The notes beneath the pieces are model-generated. The model ran no database searches. It saw only the letters and a program-made list of their open reading frames with translations, and was not told where the DNA came from. 64,000 nt of DNA from Hormiphora californensis (lineage: Eukaryota > Animalia > Ctenophora): assembly GCA_020137815.1 (NCBI GenBank), contig CM035351.1, positions 2,418,001 to 2,482,000 of the forward strand. Direction: 5' to 3'. Positions within the stretch are counted from its first letter, which is position 1. Each line of letters begins with the position of its first letter. The position numbers and the translations under genes were made by a program. This document shows, in pieces, positions 33,630-47,200 of this stretch.

Positions 33630-35190
33630 ATGTCCCTCCTGTTGTTATATGGGGCGTACGGTATTATTCTTGGCTTGGTCTTGTTCGCTGCTTTAATAAT
33701 TGGCATCAGAGCTACCTCTGCCGTGCCTACAAAATCCAGGTGAGATCTCATGTATTATCATCATATTTGTGTATAAACGGGGATGTCATGGAAGAGGGAA
33801 ACTTAGCCTTTTTGTTGGTTTAAAACCCTCTTAGTCGGTCCATCTCAGTATTTCCCTCACACGGTTTATAATGTCAGTACTTCCCTCACACAGGCTGCAG
33901 TTGAACTTCAAGGACTCCAAAACTGGGGAGGAGCACCCGTTTCCCTCTATTGATGAGGAACCCACTAAAGACCTAACTATCGTGATACCTGCTTACAATG
34001 AGAGTCAACGATTACCAAAGTAGGTGATATAACTAGCTGTTTATGATAGGAGACACTAATGTCCGAACATTAGTGCGGCTGAGATGTTTGGCACCTGTAA
34101 TAATTCTAGGCGTGGTGAACTTGTGTTGCTCATACCACGCAATGCTAGCGTCCCTTACAGACAGTCTATCAACAGTGATGGGCAGTGATATATTGTTATT
34201 GTTTGAGCCGTGTATCTCAAATTTCAATATCAATTAAGTGGTGGAATGAGAGGGAGAACATTATCGCGTGAGAGCAGTTATACATTTTAACTCATATAAT
34301 CACCATGTGACAACTAATCCCTCCCACGATTAGATTTTTGGATGTGTTGATACCCTACCTGAAGACGGTTAGTTACAGTTACGAGATCATAGTGGTGGAT
34401 GATGGTAGCAAAGACAAAACTGTGGATGTGGTTCAGTCGTATGTGAGAACACATGGTACTGATATGATCAGGTACGTGAGAACACATGTTACTGACATGA
34501 TCAGGTACGTGAGTCACCCTATCACGTGATATCGAACAATTTTTCTGAATATTTGCAAATTCTGCACCCACCCTGTATCATCACATCACATCTCCAATAA
34601 ACACCACATATTTCCCCTTTATTAGGTGTATGAAGCTGCCCTGTAACAGAGGAAAGGGAGGTGCAGTGAGACAGGGAGTACTCAGTGCCCGAGGTACAGA
34701 GATCCTATTTGCTGATGCGGACGGTGCCACTGATATCAATGACCTGGGTAAAGTCCGGGCTGGCCTGGCCTCCCTCAACACCAACATGGGTATATCGGCT
34801 GGGTCACGTGCACATCTCCAGGATGATGCTGTTGCCTCCAGGACAGTCATCAGGAATGTGCTCATGTGGGGTTTCCACGTGTTTGTCCAGGTTGTCGGGG
34901 GAGTTAGTGATGTCAAGGATACGCAATGTGGATTTAAGTTGTTTACACGGAAGGCCGCTGCGGCGGTTTTTAAAAATATGAACGTGGAACGGTGGGCATT
35001 TGATGTGGAGATCTTTGTTATTGCGAATATTCTGGGGATCAAGGCGTGTGAGGTGGCGGTTAACTGGCAAGAGATTGATGGCTCTAAACTGGTCCCCATC
35101 TACAGTTGGTTGGAGATGGCTAAAGATTTAGCGATGATTAGGGCTAGGTACCTTATAGGAGCATGGTCTGTTAACGTCAAGGAGGAGTAG
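33630..35190 (+). CDS. ALG5: Dolichyl-phosphate beta-glucosyltransferase, 4 exons
   Basis: N-terminal TM exon, then LTIVIPAYNESQRLP, YEIIVVDDGSKDKT, NRGKGGAVRQG, ILFADADGAT, GSRAHL, DTQCGFKLFTR, RWAFDVE, EVAVNWQEIDGSKL. Confidence 0.95.
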
Positions 35191-35926
35191 TCGAGAGAAA
35201 GAAAGATGACTTTCAGAATGCCAATGTCAATTTCAAAGTAGACGGAATTGTCATATTTTAGAGGGTAATACTATTCAGTAGACATTTAGAATGTGCATAG
35301 GGATTAGTGTTAGACTGTATATTTATCTGGTGAGAGTGGGGAGAGAGAGGAATAAGGAAACATTGATGTGTATTTAACTCATTGACCGAGTTGGAGGTTG
35401 TTGTGTGTGTTTTTCAGATAATAATATTATATTAACTCTTCTAAACTCTATAACATAATATTCTCACAAGTTCTCACGAATGACGTTTTTGGTTTTAGTG
35501 TAAACAAATTTAATGATTGTTGATTTATTTTCCCTAAATTTTACCTGTCTTATTTTGCCACACAACCATCAACTGTCGAGTGTCGATCTGATACAACCCC
35601 CTACTACCAGTGTTGCCCTCAATAAACTCACATTCGTTTGGGAGTGCCCTAACTGTACTCAAAAACAAGGCGTATCAAATTATACAGTACATAAAATAAG
35701 AAGTTATAACGTAGTTAATAGACAAAATTACTATAGCATAGCATAGTATCTAGCACATATTGGGTCATTTTGAAATCAAATGAAAGTCCGTTAATTTTCA
35801 GTTTCTCAAGCTGTTGACTCCACAAATAAATATCACAGCTATCACCACCTGAAAACAATTTATTTAAGTCCTGCAGTTATTCAATACTGAACATAAATTA
35901 ACACAGTTCAAGTTGGCTTGGTAGTA

Positions 35927-37491
35927 CAGGGTGTCCCATATATATTCTGTGGGTCGGTTGGCGGGCTGTCACGCAAAAACCGTGATAGTTGTGTGAAAAC
36001 AAACTACGGGAGTGTGCTGGATTAATTCCTTCCTAACTGATGGCTTTGTTTTTAAATTAAATTTCAAAAGTTCATTTTTCATGAATGAACATTCCTGTCA
36101 TTCATTCGTGAATTCTGAAATATTGTTTACCTTGAGTAAAAAACTTTTCTTTGGCTCGAAATTATCTTTCCAATGAGCACCATAAAAATCAAATTGAAGC
36201 ACCGGATCGCATGGCAGGTGAGAAAATGCAAATGCATGATTTTGGCCATTCCTGCGACTTTCAATCAGCTGTATCACCGCTACTTTCAGTTCAATCCTTT
36301 TAAAAGTTTGGGTGAACATTGGTGAAGATAAGATCTTTGCTCACAAGAAAAATCAAGGTCAAAACTCAAAGTTCATTTTTCATTTTTGGTAGTTCATTCC
36401 ACTCATTCAGGAACAAACATCCCTAAAGTGACGAAAAGGTTTGGGTTTTGTTTGGCCCATGTCCTGAAACGACAGAGAGGTGTAAAAAACGTGTTTCCGG
36501 GCTAGTTAGTGGGTGTCCATGTGATCATTATGATATCTGACACCTGTGCTGAGCCATAATTAAGAGATTTTCTCAAATTCAAACATGGGATACGAGTATT
36601 CTGCGATTGGTATCGTGCACCAATAACAAGAGATCCCATAGCACCTCAAAACTTATGATTAGCTAAAGGAAATGAGTTGATTCACGCTTGAAAATGTTCG
36701 TTTAGTCCGAATTTACATTGGTTTTAATCTTTTCAATCGTAAATCAACTCATTTTTAGCTAATCATAATTTTTGAGGTGCTATGGGATCTCTTGTTATTG
36801 GTGCACGATACAAATCACAGAATACTCGTATCCCATGTTTGAATTTGAGAAAATCTCTTAATTATGGCTCAGCACAGGTGTCAGATATCATAATGATCAC
36901 ATGGACACCCACTAACTAGCCCGGAAACACGTTTTTACACCTCTCTGTCGTTTCAGGACATGGGCCAAACAAAACCCAAACCTTTTCGTCACTTTAGGGA
37001 TGTTTGTTCCTGAATGAGTGGAATGAACTACCAAAAATGAAAAATGAACTTTGAGTTTTGACCTTGATTTTTCTTGTGAGCAAAGATCTTATCTTCACCA
37101 ATGTTCACCCAAACTTTTAAAAGGATTGAACTGAAAGTAGCGGTGATACAGCTGATTGAAAGTCGCAGGAATGGCCAAAATCATGCATTTGCATTTTCTC
37201 ACCTGCCATGCGATCCGGTGCTTCAATTTGATTTTTATGGTGCTCACTGGAAAGATAATTTCGAGCCAAAGAAAAGTTTTTTACTCAAGGTAAACAATAT
37301 TTCAGAATTCACGAATGAATGACAGGAATGTTCATTCATGAAAAATGAACTTTTGAAATTTAATTTAAAAACAAAGCCATCAGTTAGGAAGGAATTAATC
37401 CAGCACACTCCCGTAGTTTGTTTTCACACAACTATCACGGTTTTTGCGTGACAGCTCGCCAACCGACCCACAGAATATATGGGACACCCTG
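35927..37491. mobile_element. Foldback Tc1/mariner-type MITE related to 13852-15416, TA TSD
   Basis: Termini TA|CAGGGTGTCCCATAT ... ATATGGGACACCCTG|TA; identical mirror ORFs 36098-36319(-) and 37101-37322(+); shares internal blocks (gatctttgctcacaagaaaaatcaaggtc) with the first element. Confidence 0.93.
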
Positions 37492-37582
37492 TATAAAAGC
37501 ATTGGGAGCATTAGGCTGTCACATTAGGCTGTCACGATGATATAATATATCGCTTTGAGCAACTCGTGAACATGAAACCACT

Positions 37583-37675
37583 GGTAACCGCTACAGTTTA
37601 CAGGTAACCATGGTTACCGCTAAAGTTTGCAAGTAACCATGGTAACCGCTACAGATTATAGGTTACCATGGTAAG
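37583..37675. repeat. 29-bp minisatellite containing palindromic X-box-like motifs
   Basis: GTAACCATGGTTAC (37604), GTAACCATGGTAAC (37633), GTTACCATGGTAAG (37662). Confidence 0.75.
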
Positions 37676-38291
37676 CACAATTCACAAGGAGTTATCTTCC
37701 TCGTCGCTCGAAAATGCAAAATAGATATCGTGTTGGTCGGCAGGAATAGCACAGCCACAGCAAAAACTTCCAAAAATGTATCTTCGTACCGTCACAAGTA
37801 GACTTGACCTGATAGGGGGCGGTTTTTGTATATTTGATAGGGAGAGAGACAAAGAAAATGAAGGGATGACAGAGAGAATGAAGACAAAAAGATTTAGATA
37901 GGGACAGCACTTTTTGATAAAATTTCCTTTAGGCCCCTCTTATAAGCTTAGTACATAATTTATGATTACACAATGCGCTTATATTGATCTCAGGCTACAC
38001 CATTAACTGTAGTACTGAAGTTCTAGAACTAGAAGTGCCATCCCTATTTCGAGGAAAAAAGTCGTAACTGATTGAAATAAATGTACTAATAAAACGAATA
38101 ACCAATTAATATTTTACAGAAAATTCACAATTTATAAATGGCACTGAATGCAACAAAAAAACACATAAAGATTATTTTTATAAATGAAAATTCACTTCAA
38201 CACCCCTTTTAATTTTCTCACACGTCACTCTCACACGTCTCAGTTAATATTTTTTCTTTGCAAAGCCCTCTGATATTAATCAATGAAGGAC

Positions 38292-41200
38292 TCATTCCAA
38301 CATGGGGCACGATTGGCAGACGTGTACATACAAATGTACAGGCTCATCTCCAATGCCCATTCGCACACTAATCTCCTCTAGATGTTGGGCAAGGGCCACA
38401 CACAGGTCACATGCACAGTTTTCAGCGGGCGACATGGTCGTCGCTTCTTCTATCATATCTGTCTGAGTCGCAGCGTCGCAGCGATCCCTAGTGGAGAACA
38501 GGAATGTTACTATGGTAACCTAATCTGAACAGTGGTGAACATGAACCATGGAGCATGAATGTTGCTACATGTTACTACTTGTATAGTAACAATTAACGAA
38601 TTAGGGGTGAACAATGGTATATGCAATGATTTATGAATACAAATATCAAGTTCTAGGAAGTTCTCCAAGCCATCTAGAAAACCCATTGGAGAACCTTTTA
38701 AACACGACGTAACACAGATTTCACTTGTCACAGATCAGTTTTTGCACAAACAATAAACATTGTGGAACACATTTAGTCAAGTGAAGAAAGGCTTTCCAAT
38801 CTTGTTATTGGTGAGCCGATCCACAGAATAACATACCACCGCACTTTTACTAACAATAACATGTAAAGAGTTTTCAAGAACAATGAAGGATTAAAAGAGT
38901 TTTACGATGTATACATACCAGGGCGTGTGAGTAAATCGGTCTTCAGGGACCAAAATGACTGAACTCGGATCATAGCTTTGCAATCGTTTTAATTTAATCG
39001 TCATCTGAAAATGGATGAATGATTAAAGTCGGTTACGGTTTGGAATTTGTTGTATGGAAGTTTAAAATTCAAAAAGACAGTGATTCTATTGACTAATGAG
39101 TCATTAGTTATGACTATTGCAAATACAATTACCTCAGTTTGAGTTGTCTGTCGTTTGTCCTCTGGTTTGATTTCAGGTAGAGATCCTGCCTCGAACGTAG
39201 GGTCACAGGGAAGACAAAGGGACAACTCTACTTTAGGAATGGTTTCCTCGGAAATATCAACTATCTCAATTATTTTTGGGTATCTCCCTTTCACCTCCCA
39301 TCTCTTTCTTGAAGATGAGGAGGAAGATGAGGAGGAAGAGCTATCAGAAGATGATGAGCTATCCGAGACGGAGGGGCTAGTTGAAGGATCTCCCACAATC
39401 AGCCTTCCGATTTCATAATCGTTCAGGTAGATAGGCTCAGGAAGTCGGAGAGTTAGAATGGTGGCTAGGAATAGTACCACATCATCAGAGCTCTCTCTCA
39501 GTTCAGGATGTGTGAAGTCTCGTGGGTTGAGATCAAGTGTTGGCAAGTCTAGGAACCGCTCAGCAGCGCTCAGAGATGCCTCAATTCTGGTCCAAGGAGG
39601 TTGTTCCATTATCACGATGAATGTAGGAATGTGTACTACAATTATTGTAACAAGCACACGTCCATCCCGTAGATCAGTGGTGAAATTATTTACCTCTGGG
39701 AATTGTCTTTGGAGTTGACCCAAAACTACAGTCTCACGTGATTCAGGATCCAAAGCTCTCAATGCTATTTCAGCGTGAGAAGAACTTGTACTGGTTGACC
39801 GAGATTTCTTGCTGGACTTGGATGATTTGGATGACTTGGAAGTCTTGGAAGAGTCACTAGAAGAACTGTCACTTGAGTCATCCTTTATCAGCGAAGCAGG
39901 CTTCTGGGATGATTTCTTGCTAGACTTGGATGTCTTGGATGTCTTCGACGCCTTGGAAGAGTCGCTAGAAGAACTATGATCTGAGTCACGCTTCTTTTCA
40001 GAAATGTCAACCTCCGGAGTTTTAGGTTTTACATCTGGCTGACTCTTTACGTTCACTGCAATGTCAGGAATATCCACGTCGGATTCGTCAGAAATCTGGA
40101 TATTTTGACTTGTCGAGGATGGCTTTTCAGAAGAGGGCGTGGGAAGTTCTGGATTCCTTGCTTTTAGTAGACTTGAAAATACCAGTTGCTTTACGCAAGA
40201 AACCTTTGAAACCTCCAATCTTAGCAGGTTTTTTGTCCTCAGACTTTTGGGTCGGTTGATTTCCAGTGGTGGAAGTTTTGATACTAGTTGAATTATCTGC
40301 AGGGTCCCGATTCAAAGAAAGTGAAACTTCGGGATCCTTTTTATCATCCTTCTTGGTGGTTGTTTTCGACGATGAAGGTGAACTCGAATCGTACTTCTTC
40401 AACAACTTAACTCGATTTGGAGGGTTCTTGGACGATCGAGAAACAGCCGGCTGACTTGATGAACTATTAGAAGTACCATCAGACTTGCTGCTAGAACTTG
40501 ATGAAGAGGTACTACTCGTATCGTACGACTTTAAAATGAAATCTTTCCAGGAGACCGATTCTTCGATTTACTGCCAGTTTTACTTGCAGTATGTTTATCC
40601 TTATTAGTTTTGGATTCGGACGTATCGGAAGAGTCGCTAAGGTAGTACTTCTTCCGTGAACCTGGCTCACTGGAAGATTTTTTGCCGGACTTGGATGTCT
40701 TGGAAGAGTCACTCGAAGAACTGTCACTTGAGTCATCCTTTTTATGCGAAGTAGATTTCTGGGATGATTTCTTGCTAGACTTGGATGTCTTGGACGTCTT
40801 GGAAGAGTCACTAGAAGAACTGTCACTGGAGTCATCCTTTATCAAGGAAGCAGGCTTCTGGGACGATTTCTTGCTAGACTTGGATGACTTGGAAGTCTTA
40901 GACGTCTTGGAAGAGTTGCTAGAAGAACTGTCACTGGAGTCATCCTTTTTCTGCGAATCAAGCTTCTGGGATGATTTCTTGCTAGACTTGGATGACTTAG
41001 AAGTCTTGGACGTCTTGGAAGAGTCACTAGAAGAACTGTCACTGGAGTCATCCTTTTTCTGCGAAGCAGGCTTCTGGGACGATTTCTTGCTAGACTTGGA
41101 TGACTTAGAAGTCTTGGACGTCTTGGAAGAGTCACTAGAAGAACTGTCACTGGAGTCATCCTTTTTCTGCGAAGCAGGCTTCTGGGACGATTTCTTGCTA

Positions 41201-44200
41201 GACTTGGATGTCTTGGACGTCTTGGAAGAGTCACTAGAAGAACTGTCACTTGAGTCATCCTTCTTATGCGAAGTAGATTTCTGGGATGATTTCTTGCTAG
41301 ACTTGGATGACTTGGAAGTCTTAGGACGTCTTGGAAGAGTCACTAGAAGAACTGTCACTGGAGTCATCCTTTATCAAGGAAGCAGGCTTCTGGGATGATT
41401 TCTTGCTAGACTTGGATGACTTAGAAGTCTTGGACGTCTTGGAAGAGTCACTAGAAGAACTGTCACTGGAGTCATCCTTTTTCTGCGAAGCAGGCTTCTG
41501 GGACGATTTCTTGCTAGACTTGGATGTCTTGGACGTCTTGGAAGAGTCACTAGAAGAACTGTCACTTGAGTCATCCTTTTTATGCGAAGTAGATTTCTGG
41601 GATGATTTCTTGCTAGACTTGGATGTCTTGGACGTCTTGGAAGAGTCACTAGAAGAACTGTCACTGGAGTCATCCTTTATCAAGGAAGCAGGCTTTTGGG
41701 ACGATTTCTTGCTAGACTTGGATGACTTGGAAGTCTTAGACGTCTTGGAAGAGTCGCTAGAAGAACTGTCACTGGAGTCATCCTTTTTCTGCGAAGCAGG
41801 CTTCTGGGATGATTTCTTGCTAGACTTGGATGACTTAGAAGTCTTGGACGTCTTGGAAGAGTCACTAGAAGAACTGTCACTGGAGTCATCCTTTGTCTGC
41901 GAAGCAGGCTTCTGGGACGATTTCTTGCTAGAATTGGATGTCTTGGACGTCTTGGAAGAGTCACTAGAAGAACTGTCACTGGAGTCATCCTTTATCAAGG
42001 AAGCAGGCTTTTGGGACGATTTCTTGCTAGAATTGGATGACTTGGAAGTCTTAGACGTCTTGGAAGAGTCGCTAGAAGAACTGTCACTGGAGTCATCCTT
42101 TTTCTGCGAAGCAGGCTTCTGGGATGATTTCTCGCTAGACTTGGATGACTTAGAAGTCTTGGACGTCTTGGAAGAGTCACTAGAAGAACTGTCACTGGAG
42201 TCATCCTTTGTCTGCGAAGCAGGCTTCTGGGACGATTTCTTGCTAGACTTGGATGTCTTGGAGGTCTTGGAAGAGTCACTAGAAGAACTGTCACTGGAGT
42301 CATCCTTTATCAGGGAGGCAGGCTTTTGGGACGATTTCTTGCTAGACTTGGATGACTTGGAAGTCTTGGACGTCTTGGAAGAGTCACTAGAAGAACTGTC
42401 ACTGGAGTCATCCTTTGTCTGCGAAGCAGGCTTCTGTGACGATTTCTTGCTAGACTTGGATGTCTTGGACGTCTTGGAAGAGTCACTAGAAGAACTGTCA
42501 CTGGAGTCATCCTTTATCAGGGAGGCAGGCTTTCGGGACGATTTCTTGCTAGACTTGGATGACTTGGAAGTCTTGGACGTCTTGGAAGAGTCACTAGAAG
42601 AACTGTCACTGGATCCATCCTTTTTCTGAGAAGCAGACTTCTGGGATAACTTCTCGTAGGACTTGGATGATTTGGAAGTCTTAGAAGAATCACTTGCAGA
42701 ATTATCACTCGATTTTTCCCTATTTGCAGATGTAGGAATCATTTTATGAGTTGTTGGCTGTGTGCTTTTAACTTGCACAGCTAGGTTCAAAACTTCCTCT
42801 GACTCACTAGACTCATCTGTCAGTGATCTGCTGGTAGTTTGGTCCTCTTTCTTACTGGTTCCACTTCTTGACAGCGTCTTAGTACTTGGCGAATCCTCGC
42901 TTGAGTCTGAGCTAGTTGAGCTAGTTTCAGAATCCTCTGAATCAATGGAAACAGTCACTGATTTGCTGATAGAAGTAGTATTTTTGCTAGTGGATGTTCC
43001 TGTTGTAGTCTGTTTCTCTGAAACGGTGGGCGTTTCGCGGTCGGTAAGAACTAACTTCGAACTATCAACCTTACTCGTAGTTTTTTCTTCTGTTTCCCAA
43101 TCTGTAACTGATTTGGAGGCAGTAACGGTAGAAGGCTTTGTAGAGGACTGATGAGAGGAGGAAGTAACTTCTGATGATGAAAGCGAAGAAGATTTGCTTC
43201 CAGAATCACTAGAATCGGAAGAAAGAGAGGTAGTGGTAATTGTTAAAACCAATCCAACTTGATTGTCCTTGCTATTTGAACTATCACTCGATGTACTCTT
43301 TGCCTTCGAAATAGATTTGGTCGGTTTGGATGTCTTGGACGTCTTGGAAGAATCGCTAGAGGAACTGTCACTTGAGTCATCCTTTTTCTGAGAAGCTGGC
43401 TTCTGGGATGATTTCTTACTAGACTTGGATGTCTTGGACGTCTTGGAAGAGTCACTTGAAGAACTGTCACTTGATTCATCCGTTTTCTGTGAAGCAGGCT
43501 TTTGGGACGATTTCTTGCTAGACTTGGATGACTTGGAAGTTTTGGACGTCTTGGAGGAGTCGCTAGAAGAACTGTCACTGGATCCATCCTTTATCAGTGA
43601 TGCTGGCTTCTGGGATGATTTCTTACTAGACTTGGATGTCTTGGACGTCTTGGAAGAGTCACTAGAAGAACTGTCACTTGAGTCATCCTTTTTATGCGAA
43701 GTAGATTTCTGGGATGATTTCTTGCTAGACTTGGAAGTCTTAGATGTCTTGGAAGAGTCACTAGAAGAACTGTCACTTGAGTCATCCTTTTTATGCGAAG
43801 TAGACTTCTGGGATGATTTCTTGCTAGACTTGGATGTCTTGGACGTCTTGGAAGAGTCACTAGAAGAACTGTCACTGGAGTCATCCTTTTTCTGAGAAGC
43901 AGGCTTTTGGGACGATTTCTTGCTAGACTTGGATGACTTGGAAGACTTGGACGTCTTGGAAGAGTCACTAGAAGAACTGTCACTGGAGTCATCCTTTATC
44001 AGGGAAGCAGGCTTTTGGGACGATTTCTTGCTAGACTTGGATGACTTGGAAGTCTTAGACGTCTTGGAAGAGTCACTAGAAGAACTGTCACTTGAGTCAT
44101 CCTTTTTATGCGAAGTAGATTTCTGGGTTGATTTCTTGCTAGACTTGGATGTCTTGGACGTCTTGGAAGAGTCACTAGAGGAACTGTCACTGGAGTCATC

Positions 44201-47200
44201 CTTTATCAGGGAGGCAGGCTTTTCGGACGATTTCTTGCTAGACTTGGATGACTTGGAAGTCTTTGACGTCTTGGAAGAGTCGCTAGAAGAACTGTCACTG
44301 GATCCATCCTTTTTCTGAGAAGCAGGCTTCTGGGATAACTTCTCGTAGGACTTGGATGATTTGGAAGTCTTAGAAGAATCACTTGCAGAATTATCACTCG
44401 ATTTTTCCCTATTTGCAGATGTAAGAATCATTTTATGAGTTGTTGGCTGTGTGCTTTTAACTTTCACAGCTAGGTTCAAAACTTCCTCTGACTCACTAGA
44501 CTCATCTGTCAGTGATCTGCTGGTAGTTTGGTCCTCTTTCTTACTGGTTCCACTTCTTGACAGCGTCTTAGTACTTGGCGAATCCTCGCTTGAGTCTGAG
44601 CTAGTTGAGCTAGTTTCAGAATCCTCTGAATCAATGGAAACAGTCACTGATTTGCTGACAGAAGTAGTATTTTTGCTAGTGGATGTTCCTGTTGTAGTCT
44701 GTTTCTCTGAAACGGTGGGTGTTTCGCGGTCGGTAAAAACTAACTTCGAATTATCAACCTTACTCGTAGTTTTTTCTTCTGTTTCCCAATCTGTAATTGA
44801 TTTGGAGGCAGTAACGGTAGTAGGCTTTGTAGAGGACTGATGAGAGGAGGAAGTAACTTCTGATGATGACAGCGAAGAAGATTTGCTTCCAGAATCACTA
44901 GAATCGGAAGAAAGAGAGGTAGTGGTAATTGTTAAAACCAATCCAACTTGATTGTCCTTGCTATTTGAACTATCACTCGATGTACTCTTTGCCTTCGAAA
45001 TAAATTTGGTCGGTTCGGATGTCTTGGACGTCTTGGAAGAGTCGCTAGAAGAACTGCCACTGGAGTCATCCTTTTTCTGTGAAGCAGGCTTCTTGGATGA
45101 TTTCTTACTAGACTTGGATGTCTTGGACGTCTTGGAAGAGTCACTAGAAGAACTGTCACTTGAGTCATCCTTTTTCTGAGAAGCAGTCTTCTGGGATGAT
45201 TTCTTACTAGACTTGGATGACTTGGAAGTCTTGGACGTCTTAGAAAAGTCGCTAGAAGAACTGTCACTGGAGTCATCCTTATTCTGAGAAGCAGGCTTCT
45301 GGGATGATTTCTTACTAGACTTGGATGTCTTGGACGTCTTGGAAGAGTCACTAGAAGAGCTGTCACTTGAGCCATCCTTTTTCTGAGAAGCAGTCTTCTG
45401 GGATGATTTCTTACTAGACTTGGATGACTTGGAAGTCTTCGAAGAGTCACTAGAAGAACTGTCACTTGAGTCATCCTTTATCAAGGAAGCAGGCTTCTGG
45501 GATGATTTCTTACTAGACTTGGATGACTTAGAAGTCTTGGACGTCTTAGAAGAGTCGCTAGAAGAACTGTCACTGGAGCCATCCTTATTCTGAGAAGCAG
45601 GCTTCTGGGATGATTTCTTACTAGACTTGGATGACTTAGAAGTCTTGGACGTCTTAGAAGAGTCGCTAGAAGAACTGTCACTGGAGTCATCCTTATTCTG
45701 AGAAGCAGGCTTCTGGGATGATTTCTTGCTAGACTTGGATGTCTTGGAAGAGTCACTAGAAGAACTGTCACTTGAATCATCCTTTTTCTGAGAAGCAGGC
45801 TTCTGGGACGATTTCTTGCTAGACTGGGATGTCTTGGACGTCTTCGAAGAGTCACTAGAAGAACTGTCACTGGAGTCATCCTTTATCAAGGAAGCAGGCT
45901 TCTGGGATGATTTCTTACTAGACTTGGAAGTCTTGGAAGTCTCCGACGTCAATTCTGATGACGAAAGCGATGAAGAATCGCTCCCAGATTTACTAGACTC
46001 CGAGGAAAGAGTGGTAGTGGTAATTGTTATAACCAGTCCATTTTTATTCTCTCTGTCTGTTGAACTATCACAAGTGTTATCCCTTGACGGTGATCCAAGT
46101 TTGCTAGACGTCTTGCTTAACGAATCCTTTCTTGAGTCTGGTTTCTTCAAAGGAATCATGTTGTTAGATTGTGGTTGTGCATTCTTAACTTTCACAGCTA
46201 GGTTCAAAACTTCCTCCGACTCACTAGACTCATCTGTCAGTGATCTGCTGGTAGTTTGGTCCTCTTTCTTACTGGTTCCACTTCTTGACAGCGTCTTAGT
46301 ACTTGTGGGCGAATTTAAATTTGAATCTGAGCTACTTGAGCTACCATCGGACTCCTCTGAATCAATGGAATCATCTGATTTCCTGGTTGAAGTAGTATCT
46401 TTACTAGAAACGGGTTCTTTATCTGATTTAGGACCTGTTTTACCGGATATATCAGATGAAGAAGTCTTATGAGAAGTTATTTTATCGATCTTCTTATAAG
46501 ATATAGATTCAACCCTTGAGTCTTGACTTGTAGAGTTTATCGAACTTGATGATTTTTTCGTTGACGAGGAATCAGATGAAGATTCATCGGAAGTCGACGA
46601 GGATTCATTTGAGGACGAGGACGATAGTGATGTGGTTGAGGACGTATTATCACTTTTTGTCTGGGACACTTTACTTGACTTTGATGAGAAATTCGTTCCT
46701 GATGTTTCTGAATCGAGATGAAGTAGAAGATCGATTTCCTGGGGATGTAACTCAATGGGATCTCTAGGATTCAATAGCATCAGTTGAACTATGAACATTG
46801 GAATCAAAGTTTTATCCTGGCGAGTGTGAGGATTTAAGAAATCTTCAGTTGATATATCATCCACAGGTATATCAAGATATCGTTCAGCAGCATTTAAAAC
46901 TGCCGAAATACGTTCTTGTGGGGGATGTTCAAGAACAATAACGAAGGCAGGAATGTAAACAACTATGAGCTGAACCAGGACTCTACCATCTGCTAAATCC
47001 GATGAAAGGTTGTTCACGTTAGGAAATTCATCCTGTAGGTTCCCCAAAACGGCAATGTTCATTTCTTCAGGTTCCAAATTTCTGAAATGTTCAACAAAAG
47101 TTTCAGTTGTAAAATTGGTTATAGTGGATGTTTTTCTGCTCTGTGACCCCACTATGGACTCTGTACTAAACTTGGATGTCTTGGAAGAAGCGCTAGAAGA

